In this document: positions 55,558-64,000 of the stretch, piece after piece
Layout: the number at the start of each line of letters is the position of its first letter
Numbering within the stretch: the stretch's first letter is position 1
NCBI GenBank assembly: GCA_038231275.1
Contig: JBBRLQ010000004.1
Coordinates: 128,001 to 192,000 of the forward strand
Source: Polyangiales bacterium
GTDB taxonomy: Bacteria > Myxococcota_A > Polyangia > Polyangiales > Polyangiaceae
Direction of reading: 5' to 3'
DNA length: 64,000 nucleotides
Program-made: the position numbers and the translations under genes
The notes under the pieces: model-generated
The model's database searches: none
The model's input: only the letters and a program-made list of their open reading frames with translations
Told to the model about the DNA's origin: nothing

Positions 55558-57231
55558 TCAGTCCGGTCGGCTGTCGTCGTCGACCGGCTGCGCGGCTCCG
55601 CCCTTCTTGCCGCTGAGCGACTTCGCGAAGCCCTCGCGGATCGTCCACCCGTGCGTGCCGTACCGACCGGCGACGCGCGACTCCACGGTGCCGCCGCCCT
55701 TCTCGGCCCCCTTCGCGTGCGGGCTCACGAGATCGGGCCCCTGCGAGATCATCAGGTACTCGTCGGCCACGTACTCGGGGTGCTCGTCGTCGGCGCCGCT
55801 CCACTTCGGATCCGGATCACCGGAGCCGACGCGCCAGATCTGCATCGTCGACGGGTAGACGTCCTGCGTGTGCTCGCGAACGGCGAACGGGCCGTCCCGC
55901 AAGATGCGGTAGCGCGTGATCTTGAAGCCGGGGATTCCGCGCTGCTTCAGGACGCGCGCGCCCTTGGGCATCTGCGGATCGGGGACATCCTTCTCGACGA
56001 AGGGGGTGACCTCGTTGATCTTGCGGACGAACGTGACGTCGCGCGAGCGACGCGGCCCGAGGATCTCTGCGCGAACGACGCCCTCGCGGACGGTCTCGTG
56101 GAGGACCACCGGAAACGGGAACGGGTTCTTGAGCTTCAGTGTGATCGCCGGGTAAGAGACCGCCGCGTCCATGCCCATCTTGATGTAGAAGCTGGGGCGC
56201 GTGTGCGGGTGACGCTCGACGATGTCGAGGCCCGAGAAGAACGCGGCGCCGTGCAGCGTGCCGGCGATCTGGCAGGTGCCGCCGCCGACCCCGTCGACGA
56301 GCTCGCCTTGCGCGATGACCGGCGCGACCTTGTAGCCGTTGACCTCGGTGCGAGGTCCGACGGTCTCGTTGAGATCGAACGTCTCTCCCGGGAAGAGCAC
56401 GGTCCCGTTCAGCTTGCTCGCCGCGAGGCGCAGGTTGAACGTGCGCGCCTCGTGCTTCAGATCGCGGGCGTACTTCGTCTCGAAGTAACCGAGGACCTCG
56501 TCGATGCGCACGCCGTCGAGCTGCGCCGCGGTGCGCTGCGCCTGGACCGACTCGACGACCGCTTCGACCTTCGGCGTCCCCTTCCCGAACGCGTCGTCGA
56601 GGCGCGCGAGCGTGGCGTACACGTCGACGCGGCGCCCCGGCTCGTCGGGGAGGACCTTGCCGAGATCGAGATCGAAGCGCGCGTCCTGCGCCGTCCGATC
56701 GAGCTCGTCTTTCACTTGGAGGAGCGTCGTGAGCGCGCGCTTCGCGTCGGTCGTGACCGGCAGCGGGAGGCGCAACGGTCGGCCGCGCGCGACCTGATCG
56801 TGCGCGCGCCGCAGCGGCGACGAAGGATCGCGGAGCGCTGTGACGAGACCCGCGAGACGCGCCGCGTCGACGCGCGCGCCCAGCTCTTCACGCGTTCGCT
56901 CGAGCAGACCGCCGCCGCCCGGCGCGGCGATCGTGACCTTCTGCGCGACGTACGCCCGCGCGATCGCGTGCGCCGCGTCGACGGTGTGGAGCGGATCGCC
57001 ATCGAGCGGGAGCGGCTTGCCGTCGAGCGTGGCTTGAACGGGCGCGACGTTCGTGGCCTCGCGCCCTTGCGGGACGAGGAGGTAGCCGGCGGTCCCTCCC
57101 ATCACGAGCATCCCCGCGAGGCGCAGCCACCCGAACCGATGCGACGCGGCCGGGCGCACGACCGTCGCGGCGTTCGCCGAAGTCGCGGGATAGGCGCGGA
57201 AGCGGAGGGCTTGCGAGGTCGAAGCTGCCAA
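55558..57231 (-). CDS. VanW family protein (N-terminal TM, VanW domain, G5-like region)
   Basis: RTFNLRLAA, PGETFDLNETVGPR, GVGGGTCQ, ERHPH, GMDAAVSY. Confidence 0.88.
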   Translation of the reverse strand: MAASTSQALRFRAYPATSANAATVVRPAASHRFGWLRLAGMLVMGGTAGYLLVPQGREATNVAPVQATLDGKPLPLDGDPLHTVDAAHAIARAYVAQKVTIAAPGGGGLLERTREELGARVDAARLAGLVTALRDPSSPLRRAHDQVARGRPLRLPLPVTTDAKRALTTLLQVKDELDRTAQDARFDLDLGKVLPDEPGRRVDVYATLARLDDAFGKGTPKVEAVVESVQAQRTAAQLDGVRIDEVLGYFETKYARDLKHEARTFNLRLAASKLNGTVLFPGETFDLNETVGPRTEVNGYKVAPVIAQGELVDGVGGGTCQIAGTLHGAAFFSGLDIVERHPHTRPSFYIKMGMDAAVSYPAITLKLKNPFPFPVVLHETVREGVVRAEILGPRRSRDVTFVRKINEVTPFVEKDVPDPQMPKGARVLKQRGIPGFKITRYRILRDGPFAVREHTQDVYPSTMQIWRVGSGDPDPKWSGADDEHPEYVADEYLMISQGPDLVSPHAKGAEKGGGTVESRVAGRYGTHGWTIREGFAKSLSGKKGGAAQPVDDDSRPD

Positions 57232-57298
57232 GGGTGCGCCACCATCTTGAGGAGGGGGCGCCGTTTGGCCAAAAAAACGGCCTACATTGTCCTACGCA

Positions 57299-57949
57299 TC
57301 AGCCGAAGCGTTGCTCGAGGCTCCGCGCGAGCTTCCCCGCCGACATGAAGACGTCGGCGAGCTGATCGTCGAGATCGCTCAACGGATCGGCCGGATGGTT
57401 CGTCTCCGGGCTGACGATGCGCATGCGGGCGAGCGCGTCGACGATCTCGTTCTCGAGCTCGGCGAAATAGAACGGCGCCGCGTCCTCGATCCGCGCGCGG
57501 AGTGCGCTCCAATCGACGCTCAGCGAACGAATCGCATACCCGGATTGTTCGAAGGCACGCAGGACCGCCTTGGCCCACGCGTAGAGGCCACGCAGATATT
57601 CGGTGAGCGGCGCGTCTCGCCCCAGCATGTCGCGCATGCGTGGATCGGTCGCCATCAAGTACATGCCGTTGAGGGCGCTGCGCAGATCCGCCATGTCGTC
57701 GAGCCGCTCGCGCATCGATACCGCCGCGGCGCGCGAGGAGGGATCGCGGGGCACGCCTTCGATGATGTGATCGACGCACATCAAGTTGACGGTCATCGTC
57801 AGCTGCTCGTCCCCAAGCTCTTCGAGGACGGCGAGGTACTCGTCCTCGACGCCCCGGCTGCGGACCCGGGCGTGCGAATCACGGCGCCGATAGCCTGAAG
57901 TGAGGCCGTCGGCAGATTCGGGCGCGTGGCGCGGAGCGTTTTCTCCCAT
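57299..57949 (-). CDS. Hypothetical helical protein
   Basis: Coding-like acidic/amphipathic composition; fills the gap between VanW and ychF; TAGTAT 14 nt upstream of ATG 57949. Confidence 0.65.
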   Translation of the reverse strand: MGENAPRHAPESADGLTSGYRRRDSHARVRSRGVEDEYLAVLEELGDEQLTMTVNLMCVDHIIEGVPRDPSSRAAAVSMRERLDDMADLRSALNGMYLMATDPRMRDMLGRDAPLTEYLRGLYAWAKAVLRAFEQSGYAIRSLSVDWSALRARIEDAAPFYFAELENEIVDALARMRIVSPETNHPADPLSDLDDQLADVFMSAGKLARSLEQRFG

Positions 57950-58094
57950 GGCGGCGACTCGGCATACTACGGCAGCGCGGCCGCTTTCTTCCTCCAACTC
58001 GCGTCTCAATCCAGGCGCACACGCCTGTGGAAAAAAGCCAACCCTCCCCTGCGCTTGTGCGACGCGCCGAGGGTCTGTGCTAAAGGGCTCCCCC

Positions 58095-59201
58095 ATGGGC
58101 CTCTCCGTCGGCATCGTCGGCCTTCCCAACGTAGGAAAGTCCACGCTCTTCAACGCGCTCTCGACCGCCAAGGCCGAGGCCGCCAACTACCCCTTTTGCA
58201 CCATCGAGCCGAACGTCGGGGTCGTCATCGTGCCGGACCCGCGCCTGCAAGCGCTCGACACGGTGGTGCACGCCGACAAGATCGTCCCCACGGCCATCAA
58301 CTTCGTCGACATCGCGGGCCTCGTGCGCGGCGCGAGCAAGGGCGAGGGGCTCGGCAACCAATTTCTCTCTCACATCCGTGAGGTCGACGCCGTCGTTCAA
58401 GTGGCACGTTGCTTCGAGGACTCGAACGTCGTCCACGTCGAGAACCGCGTCGATCCGGTCGGCGACATCGCGACGGTCACGACCGAGCTGTGCCTCAAAG
58501 ATCTCGAGACGGTGAACAAGCGCCTCGATCGCGCGCGAAAAGCGCTGAAGAGCGGCGATCCCAAAGAGAAGATCGCGTTCGACGTGTGCGAAGGCCTGTC
58601 GAAGCACCTCGATCAGGGAACCCCGGCCCGCACCTTCGCGCTTCCCGACAACCAGGACGCCGTCCTGATCGTCCGCGACCTGCAGCTCCTCACGCAGAAG
58701 CCGACGTTCTACATCGCGAACATCGATGAGGGATCGATCGGCAACCTCGCCGGCAACAAGCACTTTCAGGCGCTCAAGAGCCACGCCGACACCGAGGGCG
58801 CGATCGTCGTCCCCGTCTGCGCCGCGCTCGAAGCGCAGATCGCCGAGCTCGATCCCAAGGACCGCCCGGAGTTCCTGTCGAGCGCGGGCCTCGAGGAGCC
58901 CGGCCTCTTCGCGGTGATCCGTGCAGGATACAAGCTCCTCGAGCTCCTCACCTTCTTCACCGCCGGCAAGGTGGAGGTCCGCGCGTGGACCACGAAGAAG
59001 GGCGCGCGGGGGCCTCAGGCCGCGGGCGTGATCCACACCGACTTCGAGAAGGGCTTCATCAAAGCCGAGGTCATCTGGTGGGAGGACTACGTGAAGCTCG
59101 GCGGCGAGTCGAAGTGCCGCGACGCGGGCAAGCTCCAGATCGAAGGCAAGGAGTACGTGATGCGCGACGGAGATGTCGTGCATTTCAGATTCAACGTCTG
59201 A
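58095..59201 (+). CDS. ychF: Redox-regulated ribosome-binding ATPase YchF
   Basis: GIVGLPNVGKSTLFNAL, ANYPFCTIEPNVG, DIAGLVRGASKGEGLGNQFL, IHTDFEKGFI, DGDVVHFRFNV. Confidence 0.97.
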   Translation: MGLSVGIVGLPNVGKSTLFNALSTAKAEAANYPFCTIEPNVGVVIVPDPRLQALDTVVHADKIVPTAINFVDIAGLVRGASKGEGLGNQFLSHIREVDAVVQVARCFEDSNVVHVENRVDPVGDIATVTTELCLKDLETVNKRLDRARKALKSGDPKEKIAFDVCEGLSKHLDQGTPARTFALPDNQDAVLIVRDLQLLTQKPTFYIANIDEGSIGNLAGNKHFQALKSHADTEGAIVVPVCAALEAQIAELDPKDRPEFLSSAGLEEPGLFAVIRAGYKLLELLTFFTAGKVEVRAWTTKKGARGPQAAGVIHTDFEKGFIKAEVIWWEDYVKLGGESKCRDAGKLQIEGKEYVMRDGDVVHFRFNV

Positions 59202-59292
59202 AGGACGTTGAATCTGAAATTTCCTTTGTTTGGTGGGAGCTGCGCTCCCCTCGTCGCAGAGCGACGAGCCTCCCCTGCGTCGCCTGCGGCGA
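59182..59292. repeat. REP-like multi-hairpin element, copy B, overlapping the ychF 3' end
   Basis: Perfect 17-bp inverted repeat ATTTCAGATTCAACGTC-TGAAG-GACGTTGAATCTGAAAT, then TGGTGGG, GGGAGC-TGC-GCTCCC, CTCGTCGC-AGA-GCGACGAG, CCTCCCC, TCGCC-TGC-GGCGA. Confidence 0.8.
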
Positions 59293-59415
59293 ATCGTGCC
59301 GGGCACGATGGGAGATGAAGAGGGCGTTGTGCAATCGGTGCACTCGCTCGGGAGATCGAGGGCGAACCGTCCGCAGGCGGTTCGCACGTCCATGCATCTC
59401 GATTACGATGACTCG

Positions 59416-60879
59416 ATGCGCAACCCGTTGTCGTCGCTGCTTCTCGCGGGCCTGGCCGTACCGTCGATCTTCGTCGCCTCTGGAGCGGGGTGTGTGACCA
59501 GCAACGATCCGCCGCCGTCGCAGGCGTTGCCGGAGGGCGGCGCGTTCGACTCCGGCGGGCCGAGTCCGAACGACGCGAACCTTCCGGGGACCGACACGGG
59601 CACGACCGACAGCGGCGGCGGTAACGACACGGGCACCGACGCCGGCAATGACGCGGGCGGTGACGGAGGAACGAGCGGCCCGCTCGCCACGTGCGATGCC
59701 CCGGCGCGCGTCGACACGCTGCGCGGCGTCGACGGCTCGGTGACGATCTCGGCGACGGGGTACGGCGACAAGTGGGTCGTCACCTGGTACCAGCTCGCGC
59801 TCGTCTCGCCCGACTCGATGTACCACTGGAAGGCGCGCACCTTCGACGGCGCCGCGCTCGCGACCGAGATCGATCTCGGCACCGACGTGTTCGGCAACCA
59901 GAGCCCGATCGTCTCCGACGGCGCGGGTCACGCGTTCGCGCAGCGCTTTCGCTCGAGCGATGGCGAGCGACGCGTGTTCGATTTCGCGAGCGGGACCTTC
60001 GCCGCCGGCACGGCGTTCCCGCAAGTGAACAGCGCGGTCGAGATCTTCGCGCTGGCGGCGATCCCCGGGGGTGGCGCCATGTCCCTCTTCCGCGACGGCA
60101 CGAACGTCCTCGCCGACAAGTGGCTTTCGGGCTCGTGGGCGCCCACCAATCTGGCCGGCTCGCCCGGGCTCTCGTTCGGTCTGCGGCTCGCGGTCAACGC
60201 CGCCGGCAAGGCGGTCGCTCTCTGGTACAACGCCAACGCTGGCGGACCTGGAGGGAATGACCTCCACGTTGCAGCCTACGACGGCGCAGCCTGGTCTGCC
60301 CCCGTCACGTTGAACCTGCCGAACGCCGTTGGGCAAACCAGCACGTTCACGCCGGTCGTCCTCTCGAACGGCGACGCGATCATCGGGTACCTGCAAGGCG
60401 CCGACACGATCGTCAGCCATCGGTTCCACCCGAACGGCACCTTCGACGCCCCGATCCCCGTCGAGAGCTCCGCTGGCGCCACCGCCGGCAAATTCGCCAT
60501 CGTCGCCGACGCGTCGGATCGCGTGACCTTCGCGTTCCTCAAGGCAGGCCACGTTCACGTGCGTCGCGATCTCGGCGCCGGGTACCTCGCCGAGCAAGAC
60601 GTCACGACCGGCACCGACTACCGCCTCGACGTGAACCCCGCCACGCAGGAGGTCACGCTGGTGACCTACAAGATGCCGACCCTCCAAGTTCAGCGCATCG
60701 CCCCGACGAGCAACACGTGGACCGCCTCGATTCCCCTGAACATGGGCATCAGCAACGGCACGCTGCCGCAACGGCAGGCCGCCGTCGTCTTCGACTCCGC
60801 GGGGCGCCCCACCGTCCTCTCGATGCAAGAGGCCGCGGGGGCGGGCGGGCTCGAGCTCTTCTCTGCGAAGTGCCGCTAG
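59416..60879 (+). CDS. Uncharacterised lipoprotein with Asp/Gly/Thr linker and beta-rich repeats
   Basis: Lipobox GAGC; DTG/DAG linker; repeats LAVNAAGKAVALW, YDGAAWSAP, VVFDSAGRPTV. Start re-set to the ATG at 59416. Confidence 0.75.
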   Translation: MRNPLSSLLLAGLAVPSIFVASGAGCVTSNDPPPSQALPEGGAFDSGGPSPNDANLPGTDTGTTDSGGGNDTGTDAGNDAGGDGGTSGPLATCDAPARVDTLRGVDGSVTISATGYGDKWVVTWYQLALVSPDSMYHWKARTFDGAALATEIDLGTDVFGNQSPIVSDGAGHAFAQRFRSSDGERRVFDFASGTFAAGTAFPQVNSAVEIFALAAIPGGGAMSLFRDGTNVLADKWLSGSWAPTNLAGSPGLSFGLRLAVNAAGKAVALWYNANAGGPGGNDLHVAAYDGAAWSAPVTLNLPNAVGQTSTFTPVVLSNGDAIIGYLQGADTIVSHRFHPNGTFDAPIPVESSAGATAGKFAIVADASDRVTFAFLKAGHVHVRRDLGAGYLAEQDVTTGTDYRLDVNPATQEVTLVTYKMPTLQVQRIAPTSNTWTASIPLNMGISNGTLPQRQAAVVFDSAGRPTVLSMQEAAGAGGLELFSAKCR

Positions 60880-60916
60880 CGCCACGCACTGCGGGCGCGA
60901 GCGGTCCTCATCGCGA

Positions 60917-62401
60917 TCAGCGATACGGGTCCTGATCGTCGATGGGCCGTTGCGGCCGGCCGCGCTGTTCTTTGGCGAGATCGATCTCGAGATCGGGCGC
61001 CGCGGCGTCGGACTTCGCGGTCAGGGCATTCGCCGCCGTCACGTCGGGCCGGCCTTGATGGATCTGCGCGCGCGCGGGCTTCCCATCGGCCGTGGCTGCG
61101 ACCGAGGCTCCGGCGGACCGTGCCGCCCACGCATCGACGAGATCGACGACCGGAGGCTCGGCGGCCGGGAGGGGGCCAACGTCGGGGAACGACGTCGCGT
61201 ACATGATCGACGCCGCCGGCGCACGCTCGCCCTCGCTGTGCTGCCGGCCCAAGGCGGCGAGCCCGATCATGCCGACGGTGCCGAGCGCGAGCGCCGCGAC
61301 GAGCAGTGGCGTTCGCCATCGCGAGGTCGAGACGGTGGTGACGAGCGGCGGTCCTTGGACGGGCGCGGGGGTCTCCCCGGCGACGGTCGGCTTCGAGTAC
61401 GGAGTCTGGAAGGCTTTGCTCATGGAGGTGGTGTGCGCGCGGAGGATTTCGACCACGTCGCGAAGGTCCGTGGGTCGTGCGTCCCGCGACAGTTGGAGGA
61501 GGCGCGAGACGAGTTCGAGGATTGGGGTGGGCAGATCCGGCACGCGGTGACCGAGCGCAACGATCGACTCGGTCGTGACGATGCGGATGATCTGCGCGAG
61601 GTTCTCGCCTTCGGTGGGTCGGACGCCGGCCAACGCTTCGTAGAGGATGACCCCGACAGCCCAGAGATCCGCGCGGTGATCGACCTCGTCGCCGAACATC
61701 TGCTCGGGCGCCATGTAATAAGGCGTTCCGAGGATCGTACCCAAACCCGTGGGTGTTCCGGAGCGCGCAGCGTCGCCGTCGGCGGCGGTGAGCTTCGCGA
61801 TCCCGAAATCGAGCACCTTGACCTGGATCGCGCCGTGCTCCTCGGCGAGGAAAATGTTCTCGGGCTTGAGGTCGCGATGGACGATGCCGAGCGAGTGCGC
61901 GGCCGCGACGGCTTCGCAGACGGGCACCATGATCTGCGCGGTTTCGGCGAGGGAGAGCGTCCTCTCTCTAAGCAGTCGCTCCGCGAAGCTCTCGCCTCGA
62001 AGAAGATCCATGACCATCACGGGGAAACCGTCTTCGAGCTCGAGGACGTCGTGGACGTGGATGACGCTCGGGTGGCGCACGGCGCAGGCCGCGCGCGCCT
62101 CTCGTGAAAAGCGTTGCCGACGGGCGGCGTCGTCGACTCCCGATGGCTTGAGGAACTTCAGCGCGACCGGCTTTCGCGTGACGAGGTGGGTCGCCGCCCA
62201 TACGACGCCCATGCCGCCCTCGCCCAGCACGCGAACGAGCCGAAAGCGCTGCGCGACGATGTCGCCGGGCTTGAACGCGATGAGCTCGCGGCCGCTCGGC
62301 GTACGGGTGACGAGCACTGGCACCGTCGGCGCGCGCGCGATCGCACGAAGGAGGCTGTCGGGCCCCTCGTCTTCGTCGGTGTCGCGCTTCTCGTCCGTCA
62401 T
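60917..62401 (-). CDS. Hanks-type Ser/Thr protein kinase with TM segment
   Basis: LGEGGMGVV, VALK, HRDLKPEN, DFGIAK, GTPYYMAPEQ; TM PLLVAALALGTVGMIGL; ends DDQDPYR. Confidence 0.93.
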   Translation of the reverse strand: MTDEKRDTDEDEGPDSLLRAIARAPTVPVLVTRTPSGRELIAFKPGDIVAQRFRLVRVLGEGGMGVVWAATHLVTRKPVALKFLKPSGVDDAARRQRFSREARAACAVRHPSVIHVHDVLELEDGFPVMVMDLLRGESFAERLLRERTLSLAETAQIMVPVCEAVAAAHSLGIVHRDLKPENIFLAEEHGAIQVKVLDFGIAKLTAADGDAARSGTPTGLGTILGTPYYMAPEQMFGDEVDHRADLWAVGVILYEALAGVRPTEGENLAQIIRIVTTESIVALGHRVPDLPTPILELVSRLLQLSRDARPTDLRDVVEILRAHTTSMSKAFQTPYSKPTVAGETPAPVQGPPLVTTVSTSRWRTPLLVAALALGTVGMIGLAALGRQHSEGERAPAASIMYATSFPDVGPLPAAEPPVVDLVDAWAARSAGASVAATADGKPARAQIHQGRPDVTAANALTAKSDAAAPDLEIDLAKEQRGRPQRPIDDQDPYR

Positions 62402-62427
62402 GACCCGATGCCCCTGCCGCCGGCGGT

Positions 62428-63102
62428 TTATTCGGTTAGCCCCTCGCGCTTCGCCAGCTCGCGGAGCTTGTCCTTGAGCAGCTGGTAGCGCTTCCTCAGC
62501 CGCGCCGACTCACGTGCGATCGCCGCGTCGTCGCGCGGCGTTTCGCCCTCCGAGAGGACGCGCGCCAGCTCGTTCCACGCGAGCCCTCGATCGACGCGCA
62601 GCACGAGCAGCGCGCGATCCTCCGGCGTGAGTGCGTCGCGAAGCGCGTCGAGCTTCGAGCGCTTCTCGGTGCGAAGGAAGCCGAGCGTCTCGGTCCTCAC
62701 TCCCTGAGCGACGTTCTCGAACACCGACGTCGATGCGTCGCCGCGCCGCTTCGCCTTGCGCGCGGCGTCCCGCTTCGCGTTGCGCGTGGCGTTGCGAGCG
62801 ATCGCGTACGCCCACGTGCGGAGGCTCGCGCTCCACTCGAAGGTCTCGAGGCTCCGCCAGAGCCCTTCCGCGAACGTCGAGAACGCGTCGGCCGCGGCGG
62901 TCTCGTCGCGCATCACGGCGAGGAGAAAGGCGAAGATCTCGCCGCCGTACGCGCGCAACGCGAGCGTGGCTGCGCCGCTGGTGTCTCCTTTTTCGCAGAG
63001 GGCACGCACTTCGTCCTCGACGCGAGCCCGTTCGATCTCGTTCAGCATGGCTTCCAGGAGATCGTGTCCCTCCGCGGGCGTTTGTGAAGACGCGCGCGTC
63101 AT
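62428..63102 (-). CDS. ECF-type sigma-70 family RNA polymerase sigma factor
   Basis: Region 2 YGGEIFAFL...SLRTWAYAIARN; region 4 LTPEDRALLVLRVDRGLAWNELA. Start uncertain (63048-63153). Confidence 0.88.
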   Translation of the reverse strand: MTRASSQTPAEGHDLLEAMLNEIERARVEDEVRALCEKGDTSGAATLALRAYGGEIFAFLLAVMRDETAAADAFSTFAEGLWRSLETFEWSASLRTWAYAIARNATRNAKRDAARKAKRRGDASTSVFENVAQGVRTETLGFLRTEKRSKLDALRDALTPEDRALLVLRVDRGLAWNELARVLSEGETPRDDAAIARESARLRKRYQLLKDKLRELAKREGLTE

Positions 63103-63222
63103 TCCAACGCCCGGAGGCCTTCGAAAGGTAGGAGAGCGGGGGACTCCCTCCATGGTCAGCTCATTTGCCGCGTCGTTTGGTCCCGGTAGAGGGGCGCCCT
63201 CGAGCGCGACCGGCGCCGCGGC

Positions 63223-64000
63223 TCACCGAATCCACACGAACGTCTGCGGATTCAGCGCGACCAGCCGGCCGTCGGCGGTCCACAGCTCTCGGTTTTCGAC
63301 CAGGAACCCCTCGTGCGCGGCGACTCCCGTGGCGCGGTGGAAGAGCGGCTCGTTCGGATCAAGCGCAACCTTCGGCGGGAAGTACTGGAGCGTGAAGGCG
63401 ATCGTCCCGATCGGACGCGGGGCCGACTCGATCGAAAAGCCCGCAGGCCAGTACGCGTCGGCGAGCGCCACGATCTCCGGCCCACCAAGCGACGGCAGCG
63501 CCGTTCTCGCGCGGACCCACCCCTCCGCGCGCGGCTCCTTCGCGCTCGAGAACGGCGCCGGGCCCGTGAGGCGGAACTCGAGGAACTGCGCGAACGACGG
63601 CGCGAGCGGCGGACCGATCGGCGCGACGGGCACGTCACGCCACGGCGCGCGCTTCGGCGGCGGTGGCGCCCACGCGTGCTCGACGTTGCGCGCCTTGCCC
63701 AGGACGGCCGTGGCGACCGCAAGCGTCTCCCCTTCCCTCGCGAGCTCCGCGCGGAACGTGGAGACTCCGCTGCCGCGACGAACGAGCGTCACTCGGATCG
63801 TGGAACGGCCGACGCCCACCGGCCCCGCGATCTCGCCGGTCAGCGAACGCAAGACGCGATCCTTCTCCGGCTCGCAGGCCTCGATCGCGCGCGTCATCGC
63901 CCCGAGGACCAGACCCCCGAACGCGCCGCGGCCTTGCGTCCAGCCTTCGTGCACGTCCAGCGTGAAGAGGCCTGGTTCGCCCTCCGGAACGGGGCTCGTC
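63223..64000 (-). CDS. TesB-like (double hotdog) thioesterase family protein, 5'-partial
   Basis: WTQGRGAFGG, VRRGSG, ALADAYWP, ELWTADGRLVA; the frame stays open to the window edge. Confidence 0.85.
   Translation of the reverse strand, partial: TSPVPEGEPGLFTLDVHEGWTQGRGAFGGLVLGAMTRAIEACEPEKDRVLRSLTGEIAGPVGVGRSTIRVTLVRRGSGVSTFRAELAREGETLAVATAVLGKARNVEHAWAPPPPKRAPWRDVPVAPIGPPLAPSFAQFLEFRLTGPAPFSSAKEPRAEGWVRARTALPSLGGPEIVALADAYWPAGFSIESAPRPIGTIAFTLQYFPPKVALDPNEPLFHRATGVAAHEGFLVENRELWTADGRLVALNPQTFVWIR

Noticed and set aside
55558..57231. Vancomycin-resistance locus
   Set aside because: A VanW domain alone is widespread; no vanHAX or vanRS genes are present.
59182..59420. Genomic-island attachment site at the ychF 3' end
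   Set aside because: The duplication is inverted rather than direct, and no integrase or compositional shift follows.

Overview
A very GC-rich (about 70% by eye), gene-dense bacterial chromosome segment with about 50 supportable CDSs. The gene content suggests Myxococcota (Polyangiales-like); this is an inference from the Hanks-type kinases, an ECF/kinase pair, a 3789-aa AgmK/GltI-like TPR protein and many Asp/Gly-linker lipoproteins. Housekeeping blocks: a 2-oxoacid dehydrogenase E1a-E1b-E2 operon, wecB-deacetylase-glycosyltransferase, nadB, etfBA, dnaX-ybaB-recR-ridA, galE, coaBC and ychF. There is one clear cobalamin riboswitch. I saw no rRNA, tRNA, CRISPR array, transposase or integrase, and no defence island or complete new multi-gene system is evident. 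The best leads are: (1) a multi-hairpin intergenic repeat family whose stems differ in sequence but keep their pairing, with C-GNA-G loops, fused to gene 3' ends; (2) a B12 riboswitch controlling an orphan, probably beta-propeller lipoprotein; (3) an E1-alpha lacking its active-site His loop; (4) a stand-alone, Arg-less class III cyclase behind a leader that can hide its ribosome-binding site; (5) a TPR/winged-helix protein divergent from a polysaccharide + adenylate cyclase operon; (6) a tandem perfect 14-bp palindrome; (7) a repeated leaderless-mRNA signature. All family calls come from reading motifs by eye, and several start codons were re-chosen by hand relative to the ORF track.
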